A stretch of 64,000 bases of DNA from the NCBI GenBank assembly GCA_018713665.1, contig DVOI01000001.1:6346-70345 (forward strand). Direction: 5' to 3'. Numbering within the stretch: the stretch's first letter is position 1; each line of letters starts with the position of its first letter. The stretch is from Candidatus Ornithoclostridium faecigallinarum. Its GTDB lineage: Bacteria; Bacillota; Clostridia; Christensenellales; UBA3700. The position numbers and the translations under genes were made by a program. Below are positions 1 through 8,910 of this stretch, piece after piece. The notes beneath the pieces are model-generated. The model did no database searches. It was given only the letters and a program-made list of their open reading frames with translations, and had not been told where the DNA came from.

Positions 1-1
1 C

Positions 2-61
2 GAGACCGCGCTCGCCGCGATCGATTACCGTTACGACCCCGAAGCCAATCAGTTCGTTTGA
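2..61 (+). CDS. 3' end of a CDS cut by the window edge; product unknown
   Basis: Frame open from the edge reads ETALAAIDYRYDPEANQFV, TGA at 59-61; too short to classify. Confidence 0.3.
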   Translation, partial: ETALAAIDYRYDPEANQFV

Positions 62-157
62 AAATATTCATTTTGCCGTTTTTATGCACGCAATTTTGCA
101 TAAAATCGTCTTTCCCGCGCATACGCATAAATATTTTGAACATTTGCACCAAATCGC

Positions 158-186
158 TTGCATAATTATTCCGAGCGCATTATAAT
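158..186 (+). promoter_or_regulatory. SigA-type promoter of the amino-acid ABC transporter operon
   Basis: TTGCAT (158-163), 17-nt spacer, TATAAT (181-186); AGAGGAG RBS at 206-212 before ATG 220. Confidence 0.7.
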
Positions 187-219
187 GAGTGCACATCAAA
201 ACTATAGAGGAGATATGAT

Positions 220-1044
220 ATGAAAAAGACATCTATCGTTATCGTAGCAACCCTGCTTATCGTCGCCAGCCTCGCTCTCTGTCTGTCAGGCTGCGGCGGC
301 ACCTCCGGCAAAACTCCCGACGAGATCAAAGAGGCGGGCGTTCTGATCATCGCGACCAACGCGGAGTTCGAACCTTTCGAATACACCGCCGAAGACGGCT
401 CGTACATCGGCTGGGATATGGACATCGCCAGGGCGTTCGCCGATCTGCTCGGCGTCAAGATCGACATCAGACATATGCAGTTCGACTCCGTCCTCGCCGC
501 AGTGGCGTCCGGCACCGCCGACATCGGTATGGCGGGCATCTCTTACAGCGAGAAGCGCGACGAGACCGTCGACTTTTCCAAAGGAGTGTTCAACAGCTCG
601 CAGATGATCATCGTCAAGAGCGACAACACCGACATTCAGGACGCTTTCGACCTCGAAGGCAAGATCGTCGGCGCTCAGCGCGGTACGGTCGGAGCCGATC
701 TTGCAGAGCTCGATCCCGACTGGGCTTCGGACGGCGAAGGCGGCTTCATCCTCGGCAGACCTGCCTCGGTTGACAAGCAAGAAAGCGGCTTCTTGGCGGT
801 TCAGAATCTCATACAGGGCAAGTCCGACGCGGTCATCCTCGACAAGATGCCCGCCGAAGCGATCGTCGCAAAAATGGGCGGCGCAGTCAAGATCCTCGAA
901 AAGTCCGTCTTCGACGACGAGTACGCTTTCGCCGTCGCCGAGGGCAACGCCGAATTGCAGGCGTGGATCAACGAAGCGATCGACACTCTCAAAGCTAACG
1001 GCACCTGGGACAAGATCACCGAAAAATACTTCGGCGAAGCATAA
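220..1044 (+). CDS. polar amino acid ABC transporter substrate-binding lipoprotein
   Basis: 274 aa; signal peptide with lipobox (LCLSGCGG); resembles GlnH/ArtJ-type family-3 binders (IIATNAEFEPFEY, GWDMDIARAFA); first gene of binder-permease-ATPase operon. Confidence 0.9.
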   Translation: MKKTSIVIVATLLIVASLALCLSGCGGTSGKTPDEIKEAGVLIIATNAEFEPFEYTAEDGSYIGWDMDIARAFADLLGVKIDIRHMQFDSVLAAVASGTADIGMAGISYSEKRDETVDFSKGVFNSSQMIIVKSDNTDIQDAFDLEGKIVGAQRGTVGADLAELDPDWASDGEGGFILGRPASVDKQESGFLAVQNLIQGKSDAVILDKMPAEAIVAKMGGAVKILEKSVFDDEYAFAVAEGNAELQAWINEAIDTLKANGTWDKITEKYFGEA

Positions 1045-1075
1045 CTCCGTCCCCTACTCATCGATCAAAACATAC

Positions 1076-1107
1076 GAGACAAGCCGGAGGTCTCTCCGGC
1101 TTGTCTC
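1076..1107 (+). other. intercistronic perfect stem-loop between binding-protein and permease genes
   Basis: GAGACAAGCCGGAG-gtct-CTCCGGCTTGTCTC, 14-bp stem, no T-run; classic position for differential mRNA stability in ABC importer operons. Confidence 0.6.
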
Positions 1108-1121
1108 GGCATTGAGGGAAT

Positions 1122-1817
1122 ATGCAATTCGACTTTTCCATCATCTTCAACAAAAACGCGCTCGCGACATTGGGCGAAGCGTACGGCTGGACGCTGTTCA
1201 TCGCCGTCGGCGCATTGCTGATCGGCGTTGTGCTGGGCACGCTGCTCGCAATCTGTAAAGTCATCCCCAAGACAAACATCGTCGCAAAGATCCTGGACAA
1301 GTTCTCGTCCGTCTATCTCGCGGTCTTCCGCGGTACGCCGCTCACCGTGCAGCTGTTCATCTTCTATTTCATAATCTTCGCCGGCGTCACCTTCTTTTCG
1401 GCGTCGCTCACTCCGTACATCATCTCGGTGGTCGGTTTCGGTCTTAATTCCGCCGCCTATGTCGCGGAGATCATCCGCTCGGGCATCCTCAGCATCGACA
1501 AAGGACAGATGGAGGCTGGACGGGCGCTCGGTCTGAGCTACGGCAAAACAATGATGTCGGTCGTACTGCCGCAGGCGGCGAAGAACATCATTCCCCCGCT
1601 CGGCAACGAGGCGATCACACTGGTCAAAGACACGTCTATCGCGCTGGTCATCGGCGTATCCGAGTTCTTCACCGCAATCAGAGGCATCGTCAACAGGACG
1701 TACAACGTCATCACTCCGTACATCTTCGCGGCGGTCGTCTACTTCGTAACCGTGCTGATCATGACGCTGTGCCTCAACAAACTCGAAAAACGTCTTAGGA
1801 GGAGCGACGCAAGATGA
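1122..1817 (+). CDS. polar amino acid ABC transporter permease (HisM/GlnP family)
   Basis: 231 aa, multi-TM; EAA-loop-like region [27 protein letters not shown]; GAGGGAA RBS; ATGA overlap with downstream ATPase. Confidence 0.9.
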   Translation: MQFDFSIIFNKNALATLGEAYGWTLFIAVGALLIGVVLGTLLAICKVIPKTNIVAKILDKFSSVYLAVFRGTPLTVQLFIFYFIIFAGVTFFSASLTPYIISVVGFGLNSAAYVAEIIRSGILSIDKGQMEAGRALGLSYGKTMMSVVLPQAAKNIIPPLGNEAITLVKDTSIALVIGVSEFFTAIRGIVNRTYNVITPYIFAAVVYFVTVLIMTLCLNKLEKRLRRSDAR

Positions 1818-3106
1818 GCGAAAAGATCATTCAACAAAACCCCGTCCTCATCTCCACCCGCGGTCTGACCAAGCGCTTCGGGAGCAAGGACGTGCTCAAA
1901 GGCATAGACTGCGACATCCGCGTCGGCGAAAAGGTCGCGGTCATCGGTCCTTCGGGCAGCGGCAAGAGCACATTCCTGCGCTGCCTCAACCTGCTCGAAC
2001 TGCCGTCGGGCGGCGTCGTCACGGTGGACGGAGCGGTGCTCTTCCAAAGCGACATGCAAGCCAAAAAGGACGTTTTGGACGCGATCAAGGCGCAGATCAA
2101 GGCGGTGAAGTCGGGCGAAGCCTCTCCCGAGGTCAAGGCGCACCAAGAGGAAGCGGCGGCGCTCAAAGAAGAACTTTTGCACGCTCATGCCGAACTCAAA
2201 GACGCCGCGACCAAGGCAAAGCTCGCCGCGATCAAACTCGCCAAGAAGTCGGGCGGCGTCACCGAAGAAGACGTTCAAGACGCGGTCGCCGCGCGCGAAA
2301 AGGCGACGGCGGTCGTCGCCGAACTCAAAGCACGGCTCTCTGCGGTCAACGCCAAGATCAAGCAAAAGAAAGCGGAGGCGAAAAAGAACGTCGACGCGGC
2401 GGAACTGCAACGGCTCAACGAAGCCTTGACGCAAGCCAAAGCCGAATACGCAACGGCGAAAAAGGCGCACAACGCGGCAATGCGCAAGACCAACGCGGTC
2501 ATCGACGAACACCGCCGCAACATGGGCATGGTGTTCCAGCACTTCAACCTGTTCAACAACCTGACCGTGACCGAGAACATCACGCTCGCGCCCGTTTCGC
2601 TGGGGATCAAAGACCTCGCGGCAAAGCGCAAAGAGCTGCTCAAGCGCAAGCTGTTCAAGCACGAGGACGTGACCGAGCAGCTCGCCGCCCTGCCCGACAA
2701 GCTGGAGATCATCGAGAACGCCAAGACCAACGCCAAGCGACTCTTGGCGCGCGTCGGGCTGCTCGACAAGGCGGACGTCTTCCCGTCCACGCTGTCCGGC
2801 GGACAAAAGCAGCGTATCGCGATCGTCCGTTCCCTCGCGATGAATCCGCGCGTGATGCTGTTCGACGAGCCGACTTCCGCGCTCGACCCCGAGATGGTCG
2901 GCGAAGTGCTCGAAGTCATCAAGGAGCTTGCCGACGAGGGCATGACGATGGTCATCGTCACCCACGAGATGAATTTCGCAAAAGAAGTCGCGACGCGCGT
3001 GCTGTTCGTCGACGACGGACTGATCAAAGAGGACGCGCCGCCCGCCGACCTGTTCGGCAATCCTCAAAACGACAGACTCAAAGAATTCTTGTCCAAGATC
3101 CTCTGA
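1814..3106 (+). CDS. amino acid ABC transporter ATP-binding protein with large coiled-coil-like insertions
   Basis: 430 aa; Walker [11 protein letters not shown]-loop MVFQHFNLF, signature LSGGQKQR, Walker [13 protein letters not shown]-loop THEM; about 190 aa longer than typical GlnQ-type ATPases. Confidence 0.9.
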   Translation: MSEKIIQQNPVLISTRGLTKRFGSKDVLKGIDCDIRVGEKVAVIGPSGSGKSTFLRCLNLLELPSGGVVTVDGAVLFQSDMQAKKDVLDAIKAQIKAVKSGEASPEVKAHQEEAAALKEELLHAHAELKDAATKAKLAAIKLAKKSGGVTEEDVQDAVAAREKATAVVAELKARLSAVNAKIKQKKAEAKKNVDAAELQRLNEALTQAKAEYATAKKAHNAAMRKTNAVIDEHRRNMGMVFQHFNLFNNLTVTENITLAPVSLGIKDLAAKRKELLKRKLFKHEDVTEQLAALPDKLEIIENAKTNAKRLLARVGLLDKADVFPSTLSGGQKQRIAIVRSLAMNPRVMLFDEPTSALDPEMVGEVLEVIKELADEGMTMVIVTHEMNFAKEVATRVLFVDDGLIKEDAPPADLFGNPQNDRLKEFLSKIL

Positions 3107-3110
3107 CGTC

Positions 3111-3133
3111 AAAAAGGACGCCGTCGGGCGTCC
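3111..3133 (-). terminator. rho-independent terminator of the DUF2779 gene
   Basis: GGACGCC-cgac-GGCGTCC followed by TTTTT on the minus strand. Confidence 0.6.
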
Positions 3134-3154
3134 GTCAAATTCAACTCAAAGGAG

Positions 3155-3185
3155 CGGCTCCGCGTTTGCGGAGCCGTGATTTTTT
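3155..3185 (+). terminator. rho-independent terminator of the amino-acid ABC operon
   Basis: CGGCTCCGC-gttt-GCGGAGCCG then gtgaTTTTTT. Confidence 0.75.
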
Positions 3186-3200
3186 GAGATATGTTTCGGT

Positions 3201-4724
3201 TTATTCCGCCTTTTTTCTGTGTCGTCTGCGGCGGTTTTTGTTCCTTTTCACCCCTATCTCCGCGCCTGTCACCGTCTGCAACAGCATCACCATGCGCGCA
3301 AGCGACAGCGTGTCCTTGCCGCAATAGGTGTAAAGCTGGGCATAGTGTTCGGCGCTCGCCGCGTCGTCCTCATACTGCGCGCGCGTAAACAGCCTGAGCG
3401 CCTCGGCGCCGTTGCGCACGTCGAGCGCGGAGTAATCGCAGCTCTTGTCCCCGGGGAACATCGCCGGATAGACCGCTTTGAGCGACGTCGAGCCGAGCAT
3501 CGCCTTGGAGTAGACCGCCCTCGACGCGAACAGCTCTTGCAGATCTCTCACGCCGCCTCGCGCAGCGGTCAGCTTGGAGCCCAAGTCCTTGTATTTGCTC
3601 GCCAGCTGATTGAGCACCTTGCACTCCAGCCCCTTCGAGAACACGACGACGCACGCGCCGTGCGGGATCTGATTGAACAATCTGCGCGCGATCTCGGGAC
3701 GCGGATCGACGCCTTTTTTCGGCAGAAACTGGAAGTGCTCCAACTCCGAATACTCGGTGCGTTTGACGTGCAGCGAATATTGGAACGGGATCTGCATGAA
3801 CGGCCGCGTGCCGTCATAGAGCGGCAGCGCAGGCTGACACGCCTCGAAGTCGAGGAAGCACATCGGATAGTGCAACTTCTCAATAAACGCGCGCACGCGC
3901 GGGATGTCGATATGGAGCTCGTCGTCGGTCAAATACATCCTGACCATCGCCGCCTGCGCGGGTTTGAGCAAATGGGCGTTGTCGAGCAGGTCGTCGAGGC
4001 TCTTGACCCCCGACTCGAACAGCTTGAACATCGTCCCGCCGTCAATGCCGTGAAAGTCGAGCATGCACGGTCTTTCGGTCGCGACGCACGACGCGAAATA
4101 TTCGCACTTGTCGGGACGCTCGCACTTGACGGACATCTCGCGCACGATCGGTTCGGCAAGCAGCCTTTCCGCCTCGCCGAGAAACGCGGCGACGACATCC
4201 TTCGCCTCTTCCGTCCTCGGCGCGACGTCGTTGATCTTGAACAGTTTTTCGGGCTCGATCGCGCCCTTGCGGACATAACTGCGGTTGCACACCGCGACGC
4301 GTATCGCCGCGAGCGGATGACCGCTCCTCTTCGCGACCTCGGCGATGTACGCCGCCTTAGCGACCGCGCTCTCGGTGATTTTTGGCGTCGTCTTGGTGTA
4401 GTACGCGCAAAGCCCTTCATCCGTCACACAGATCTCGTCGACATAGGCGCAAAACGCGCCGAAGACAAAGCCGACGTTGCGAAAATTCTTTTCGCCTGCG
4501 TCAAGTCCTCTTTCAAAAGCGGCGAAAGACTCGGCGGGGTCGTCCGACATGCAGTCGACGCCGTCCGGCAGCATCGCAAACAATTCCGCCTTGAGACGAG
4601 CATACTCCGACTTGCGATACGCCGACGCCTCGTCTTCGGCAATCGGCATCAGACGCCCCTTGACAAAGAGCGTCTTGCAGTGTCTGTATCTTGAAAAATC
4701 CGAATTGTCGAAATAGCTGTTCAT
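3201..4724 (-). CDS. DUF2779-type protein (RecB/Cas4-like nuclease-fold N-terminal half with Cys cluster)
   Basis: 507 aa; Cys cluster CERPDKCEYFASC; block FLDFEACQPALPLYDGTRPFMQIPFQYSLH matches my recollection of the DUF2779 signature. Confidence 0.6.
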   Translation of the reverse strand: MNSYFDNSDFSRYRHCKTLFVKGRLMPIAEDEASAYRKSEYARLKAELFAMLPDGVDCMSDDPAESFAAFERGLDAGEKNFRNVGFVFGAFCAYVDEICVTDEGLCAYYTKTTPKITESAVAKAAYIAEVAKRSGHPLAAIRVAVCNRSYVRKGAIEPEKLFKINDVAPRTEEAKDVVAAFLGEAERLLAEPIVREMSVKCERPDKCEYFASCVATERPCMLDFHGIDGGTMFKLFESGVKSLDDLLDNAHLLKPAQAAMVRMYLTDDELHIDIPRVRAFIEKLHYPMCFLDFEACQPALPLYDGTRPFMQIPFQYSLHVKRTEYSELEHFQFLPKKGVDPRPEIARRLFNQIPHGACVVVFSKGLECKVLNQLASKYKDLGSKLTAARGGVRDLQELFASRAVYSKAMLGSTSLKAVYPAMFPGDKSCDYSALDVRNGAEALRLFTRAQYEDDAASAEHYAQLYTYCGKDTLSLARMVMLLQTVTGAEIGVKRNKNRRRRHRKKAE

Positions 4725-4776
4725 CCGCCTGCCGCACCGCGCGGCACGCGCCCCGCGGAACTCCCCGAGAATTGTG

Positions 4777-5550
4777 TCACAATATCATATACTGTTTGAC
4801 GGTGTCATAGATCTCCTCTCTCAATGCGAGAATGCCGAAATCGCCCGTCTTGTACGGCTCTCCGTCGAGATTGGTGACCTTGAGCCCCGCCTCCGCGCAC
4901 AACAGCGCGCCCGGCAATACGTCCCACGGCTTCTTCGCAAGCAGGACCGCGCCGTCGGTGACGCCCATCGCCGCAAACGAAAAGTCTATGCAAGCCGCGC
5001 CGAACATCCTGATTTTCCCGAGCAGAGGATAGAGCTTGCGCATCGCGCGCGCCTGCGCCTTTGCGACCTTGACGGACTTGTGACTGAAATCGCCGAAACT
5101 GACCGTGCTGAGCGTGGACTCGAACGGTTTGAGCTCAATGCGCTTGTTGTTGAGATATGCGCCCTCGCCCTTGATTGCGTGCAGCTTGAGTCCGAGCCCC
5201 GGCAAATTCATCGCCGCAAGCACCGGCTCTCCGTTCACGCAAAACGCCGCCTGCAAACCGTACAGCGGCGAGCCGTGCGCCATATTCGACGTGCCGTCGA
5301 TGGGATCGATGACCCACGTCCTCTCGCCGGGTTTGACGCGCGGATACTTTTCCTCGCTGATTATCGTATCTTCCGGAAATGTGAACTTAATCGCTTTGAT
5401 GAGCTTTGCCTCAACGCCGGTATCGATATCCGTGACGACGTCAAACGCGCTCTTCGACGCAATGCGCTCCGGCGCCGGGCGTTCGCAAAAAAGCACCGCC
5501 GCTCTATGCAACTCCTTGATGATGAAATCCTTTTCGGCTGAATACGCCAT
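4777..5550 (-). CDS. inositol monophosphatase family protein (SuhB-like)
   Basis: 257 aa; WVIDPIDGTSNMAHG motif and overall IMPase family layout. Confidence 0.85.
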   Translation of the reverse strand: MAYSAEKDFIIKELHRAAVLFCERPAPERIASKSAFDVVTDIDTGVEAKLIKAIKFTFPEDTIISEEKYPRVKPGERTWVIDPIDGTSNMAHGSPLYGLQAAFCVNGEPVLAAMNLPGLGLKLHAIKGEGAYLNNKRIELKPFESTLSTVSFGDFSHKSVKVAKAQARAMRKLYPLLGKIRMFGAACIDFSFAAMGVTDGAVLLAKKPWDVLPGALLCAEAGLKVTNLDGEPYKTGDFGILALREEIYDTVKQYMIL

Positions 5551-5565
5551 GATCCACCGCCTTGT

Positions 5566-5600
5566 ACAAAAATCGGGACATGCCTTCGTCCCGTCTTTTT
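5566..5600 (-). terminator. terminator of the 71-aa orphan gene (bidirectional shape)
   Basis: CGGGAC-8 nt loop-GTCCCG flanked by A5 and T5 runs. Confidence 0.55.
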
Positions 5601-5659
5601 AATTATACAATACAAGACGGCGTCAAGTCAATCACAAAAATTGCGTTTTTCGCGTCATT

Positions 5660-5875
5660 TCAGCGCCGACGTCCGTCGACCACAACATCGTACAGCGCCT
5701 TCGAAAACGCAACTTCGAGCTTTTCGCACTCCGCCTCCAAACCGGGCACTCGACGCGCAATCGCCCTCGCTCGCGCATATCTTGCCGCCATACGATAGAG
5801 CTCATCGCAGCGCCGTCTGCCGACGGCAACGACTTCTTCCTTTTTGCTCCTGCTTGTCACACTCGATCTTTCCAT
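5660..5875 (-). CDS. small Arg-rich hypothetical protein (71 aa)
   Basis: ATG 5875 preceded by AAAGGGGAGGA RBS (5-nt spacer); own consensus promoter and terminator; MERSSVTSRSKKEEVVAVGRRRCDELYRMAARYARARAIARRV...; no family recognised. Confidence 0.6.
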   Translation of the reverse strand: MERSSVTSRSKKEEVVAVGRRRCDELYRMAARYARARAIARRVPGLEAECEKLEVAFSKALYDVVVDGRRR

Positions 5876-5903
5876 CGATGTCCTCCCCTTTGGTTCTGAT
5901 GCC

Positions 5904-5932
5904 ATTTTAGCACTCGCGCCTGTTTGGGTCAA
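5904..5932 (-). promoter_or_regulatory. SigA-type promoter of the 71-aa gene
   Basis: Minus strand TTGACC - 17 nt - TAAAAT. Confidence 0.65.
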
Positions 5933-5988
5933 TCGTTCTTTCGCGCGTATGCGCGCGCTGACAAATTTCGACAAAATATGCGTATAAT

Positions 5989-6005
5989 CGACACAGGCAC
6001 GAAAA
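5989..6005 (+). repeat. copy A of intergenic motif CG(A/C)CAC(R)GG(R)CACGAAA
   Basis: CGACACAGGCACGAAAA directly after a TATAAT hexamer (5983-5988). Confidence 0.5.
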
Positions 6006-6109
6006 TTTTGTTTGTCGACTTCTGAGCGGTCATGTCGGTTAAAAGCGTTTTTTCACCCCTTCCCTGCGCTGTCGAAAATCGATATGAAAGGACGCATCGG
6101 CGCCTTTTG

Positions 6110-6138
6110 TTGACAAGCGGACGCTCGCGCATTATAAT
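6110..6138 (+). promoter_or_regulatory. consensus SigA promoter of the GH20-nagA-esterase operon
   Basis: TTGACA (6110-6115) - 17 nt - TATAAT (6133-6138); GGAGG RBS before ATG 6164. Confidence 0.8.
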
Positions 6139-6163
6139 ATACTAAAAAAGCGGAGGTCGGCAG

Positions 6164-7732
6164 ATGTCAAACGTCATCCCCAAAGTCAACGACGAACAGC
6201 TTTACGGCGGAGATATCAACTTCGACGGCGGAGTCAGATTGTGCGCCTGTCCCGAGGCGGAGGGCGTCGCCGCCAATCTCAAATCCATGTTTTTGCGCAT
6301 ATGTCCGTCGGTTGTCTTTTCCGACGGCGGCACCGTGATTGTGAAATTTGAAAAGGACGCGCTGCTGCCCCACGAAGGTTATGTCGTCGACGCGAGCGGA
6401 GACTCAATCCGCCTGATTGCCGCCGGCGCCCCCGGCTGGACGTACGCGCTTGTCACCATGCTTCACCTCCTCAATGCAAAAGAAGGCGCAAAAGCGATTG
6501 ACGTGTCGCTGCCATGCTGCCGGATTGCGGACTCTCCGCGTTTCAAGTACAGAGGGCTGATGTTGGACGAGGCGCGCAACTTTTTCGGCGAGACCGAAGT
6601 GAAGCGACTGTTGGACTTGATGTGTCTGTTCAAACTCAACGTGTTGCATTGGCATCTCGCAGACGATCAAGGCTATCGATTGGAGAGCGACGTATTTCCG
6701 TTGCTCACGTCCGTCTCCACTCGTCGCAACGACACGCAGGTCGGCGGCGTAAAGTCGAGCAAATTCATGGGCGTGGAATCCTCGGGACACTACACCAAAA
6801 ATCAAATTCGCAACATCGTCGAATACGCGGCGGAGCGCAACATCGTCATCGTCCCCGAGCTGGAGATGCCGTCGCACTGCAGCGCGATTCTAGCCGCCTA
6901 CCCCAAGCTGAGCTGCACCGGCGAAAAGACCGAAGTGCCGACCACGTTCGGCACAAAACGCCGCTCTTTCTGCCCCGGCAAACCGACGACCTACGATTTT
7001 TTGGACAAGCTGCTCGACGAGTGGTGCGAACTGTTCCCGTCCAAGCTCTTCCATATCGGCGCAGACGAGACCGGTTCTTCACTTTGGAAAGACTGCCCCG
7101 ACTGCCGCAGGACTATCTCCGAAAACGGGCTTGCGGGCGCGCATGAGCTGTTGCCGCTGTTCGTCAACCGCATTGCCGACATGCTTGCCGCCAAGGGCAA
7201 GCTGCCGATGATTTGGTCGGACAAATTGCTGCGCGGAGTGCGCAACTACGTCTCTTACGAGGCATGGCTGCCTCTCGACAAAAAGGCTGTCGCCGCCGAG
7301 ATCTCTTCGGGACGCAAATTCGTCGTCGCGCCGTACGACCGCTATTACGCCTGCCTCCCCTATTGCATGATTCCCCTCAAAAAGACATATGACTTTGAGC
7401 CGACTTCAATCGCCTCGGGGGCGAGCGACGCAGGCATCTTCGGCGTGGAGATGCCCATGTGGACAGAGTGGGTATACGACCGCATAAAGCTGGATTTCAA
7501 CCTGTTCCCGCGGCTGTGCGCGCTCGCAGAGACGGGCTGGACGGTCGCGTCGCGCAAGAGTTTTTCGGATTTCAAAAAGCGCTGGAACTCCCTCAAACCG
7601 CTGCTCGACATGTTCGAGGTGGACTACGCCAAGGACAAGCTGACCGCGCCCGGTGCATTCACCCGCAACAAGGGTACATATATTTGGAAAAACATCGACC
7701 AATACGACGAAGTGAGGAAAAACAAACTATGA
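6164..7732 (+). CDS. beta-N-acetylhexosaminidase, glycoside hydrolase family 20
   Basis: 522 aa; GH20 motifs HWHLADDQGYRLE and HIGADE (catalytic D-E); no signal peptide. Confidence 0.9.
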   Translation: MSNVIPKVNDEQLYGGDINFDGGVRLCACPEAEGVAANLKSMFLRICPSVVFSDGGTVIVKFEKDALLPHEGYVVDASGDSIRLIAAGAPGWTYALVTMLHLLNAKEGAKAIDVSLPCCRIADSPRFKYRGLMLDEARNFFGETEVKRLLDLMCLFKLNVLHWHLADDQGYRLESDVFPLLTSVSTRRNDTQVGGVKSSKFMGVESSGHYTKNQIRNIVEYAAERNIVIVPELEMPSHCSAILAAYPKLSCTGEKTEVPTTFGTKRRSFCPGKPTTYDFLDKLLDEWCELFPSKLFHIGADETGSSLWKDCPDCRRTISENGLAGAHELLPLFVNRIADMLAAKGKLPMIWSDKLLRGVRNYVSYEAWLPLDKKAVAAEISSGRKFVVAPYDRYYACLPYCMIPLKKTYDFEPTSIASGASDAGIFGVEMPMWTEWVYDRIKLDFNLFPRLCALAETGWTVASRKSFSDFKKRWNSLKPLLDMFEVDYAKDKLTAPGAFTRNKGTYIWKNIDQYDEVRKNKL

Positions 7733-8907
7733 CCTTGACCTATTCCAACGTCCGCCCTCTCGTCGGCGGCAAACTCAAAGACGTCTGCGACATCGTCGTC
7801 AATGACGGCAAAATCATCTCAATCGGCTCCGTCCGCGAAGGCGAAGTCATCGACTGCGGCGGCAAGATATGCGCCGCCGGGTTCATCGACATCCACACGC
7901 ACGGCGGCTGGGGCCACGACTGTATGGAGGCGACCGAAGAATGTCTGGCGACGATTTCGGCGTATCACCTCTACACCGGCATAACCTCGTACTGCCCGAC
8001 GACGATGACCGCGACTCCCGAAGACATCGAAAAGGCGGTCGACGCGATTCGCTCCTACAAGCGCAAGTCTCCGTATGCACGCATCGTCGGCGCCCACCTC
8101 GAGGGGCCGTATCTGTCCCAAAAGGCGGCGGGAGCGCATCCTCCCAAGCTGTTGATTTCCCCTCTTGACGACGACAGTTTCGTCGAGGGCAATCTCGACA
8201 TCGTCACTCGCGTGACCGTCGCGCCAAACGTCAAAGGCGCCGACATATTCACCGCAAAATATGCGCCCAAAGGCGTGCAGATTTCGCTCGGACACGACAA
8301 CTCGATCGACGACGAGATCTATGCCTGCGTAAACGCCGGCGCGAACAGCGTCACCCATATGTACAACTGCACGTCGCGCCCCTCGCGCCGCGACAACCCC
8401 AAAAAGCACCTCGGCTTGACCGAAGTCGGCTTGATTGACGACAGAATCGTCGATGAAGTAATCGCCGACGATCGGCACGTCCCCGACAAGCTGTTCGGGA
8501 TGATTTTCAAGCTCAAGGGCGCACACGGCATTTGCCTCGTCTCCGACTCGCTGAGCGTCGCAGGCATGCCCGAGGGAGACTACTACATCGGCGCAGGCGA
8601 CAGCAAGCAGTCGATACGCGTCGAGGACGGCGTTGCGGTTCTCCCTGCGGAAAACACCTACGCCGGCTCCGTCACTCCGATATCGGTCATGGCGAAACGA
8701 TTGATTGCAAACGGCTACTCAATCGCGGACGCGCTGTCGATGGCGACGCTCGTCCCGGCAAAGCTGGTCGGCTTGGCGGACAGAGGCGACCTCGCCCCCG
8801 GCATGCTTGCGGATTTCAACATCTTCGACGACGACTTTTCAATCCGCACGACCGTGCTCGGCGGCAACATTGTCGACAGGGACGCGCTGATTGCAAAAAG
8901 AGGTTAA
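7729..8907 (+). CDS. nagA: N-acetylglucosamine-6-phosphate deacetylase
   Basis: 392 aa from ATG 7729 (ATGA overlap with GH20 stop); FIDIHTHGGWGHD metal motif; longer track ORF start 7459 rejected. Confidence 0.9.
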   Translation: MTLTYSNVRPLVGGKLKDVCDIVVNDGKIISIGSVREGEVIDCGGKICAAGFIDIHTHGGWGHDCMEATEECLATISAYHLYTGITSYCPTTMTATPEDIEKAVDAIRSYKRKSPYARIVGAHLEGPYLSQKAAGAHPPKLLISPLDDDSFVEGNLDIVTRVTVAPNVKGADIFTAKYAPKGVQISLGHDNSIDDEIYACVNAGANSVTHMYNCTSRPSRRDNPKKHLGLTEVGLIDDRIVDEVIADDRHVPDKLFGMIFKLKGAHGICLVSDSLSVAGMPEGDYYIGAGDSKQSIRVEDGVAVLPAENTYAGSVTPISVMAKRLIANGYSIADALSMATLVPAKLVGLADRGDLAPGMLADFNIFDDDFSIRTTVLGGNIVDRDALIAKRG

Positions 8908-8910
8908 GCT

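Noticed and set aside
1739-3112. 457-aa ORF antisense to the ABC ATPase gene
   Set aside because: It is a shadow ORF of a GC-rich gene. It has Arg/Val/Asp/Glu-rich low-information sequence, no motifs and no RBS. The plus-strand frame carries all the ABC motifs.
5959-6144. Upstream promoter-like TGACA-19-TATAAT (5959-5988) driving an sRNA or a 37-aa ORF (ATG 6031)
   Set aside because: The spacer is long, there is no convincing terminator hairpin or RBS, and the ORF overlaps the real GH20 promoter. Only the motif copy at 5989-6005 is retained.
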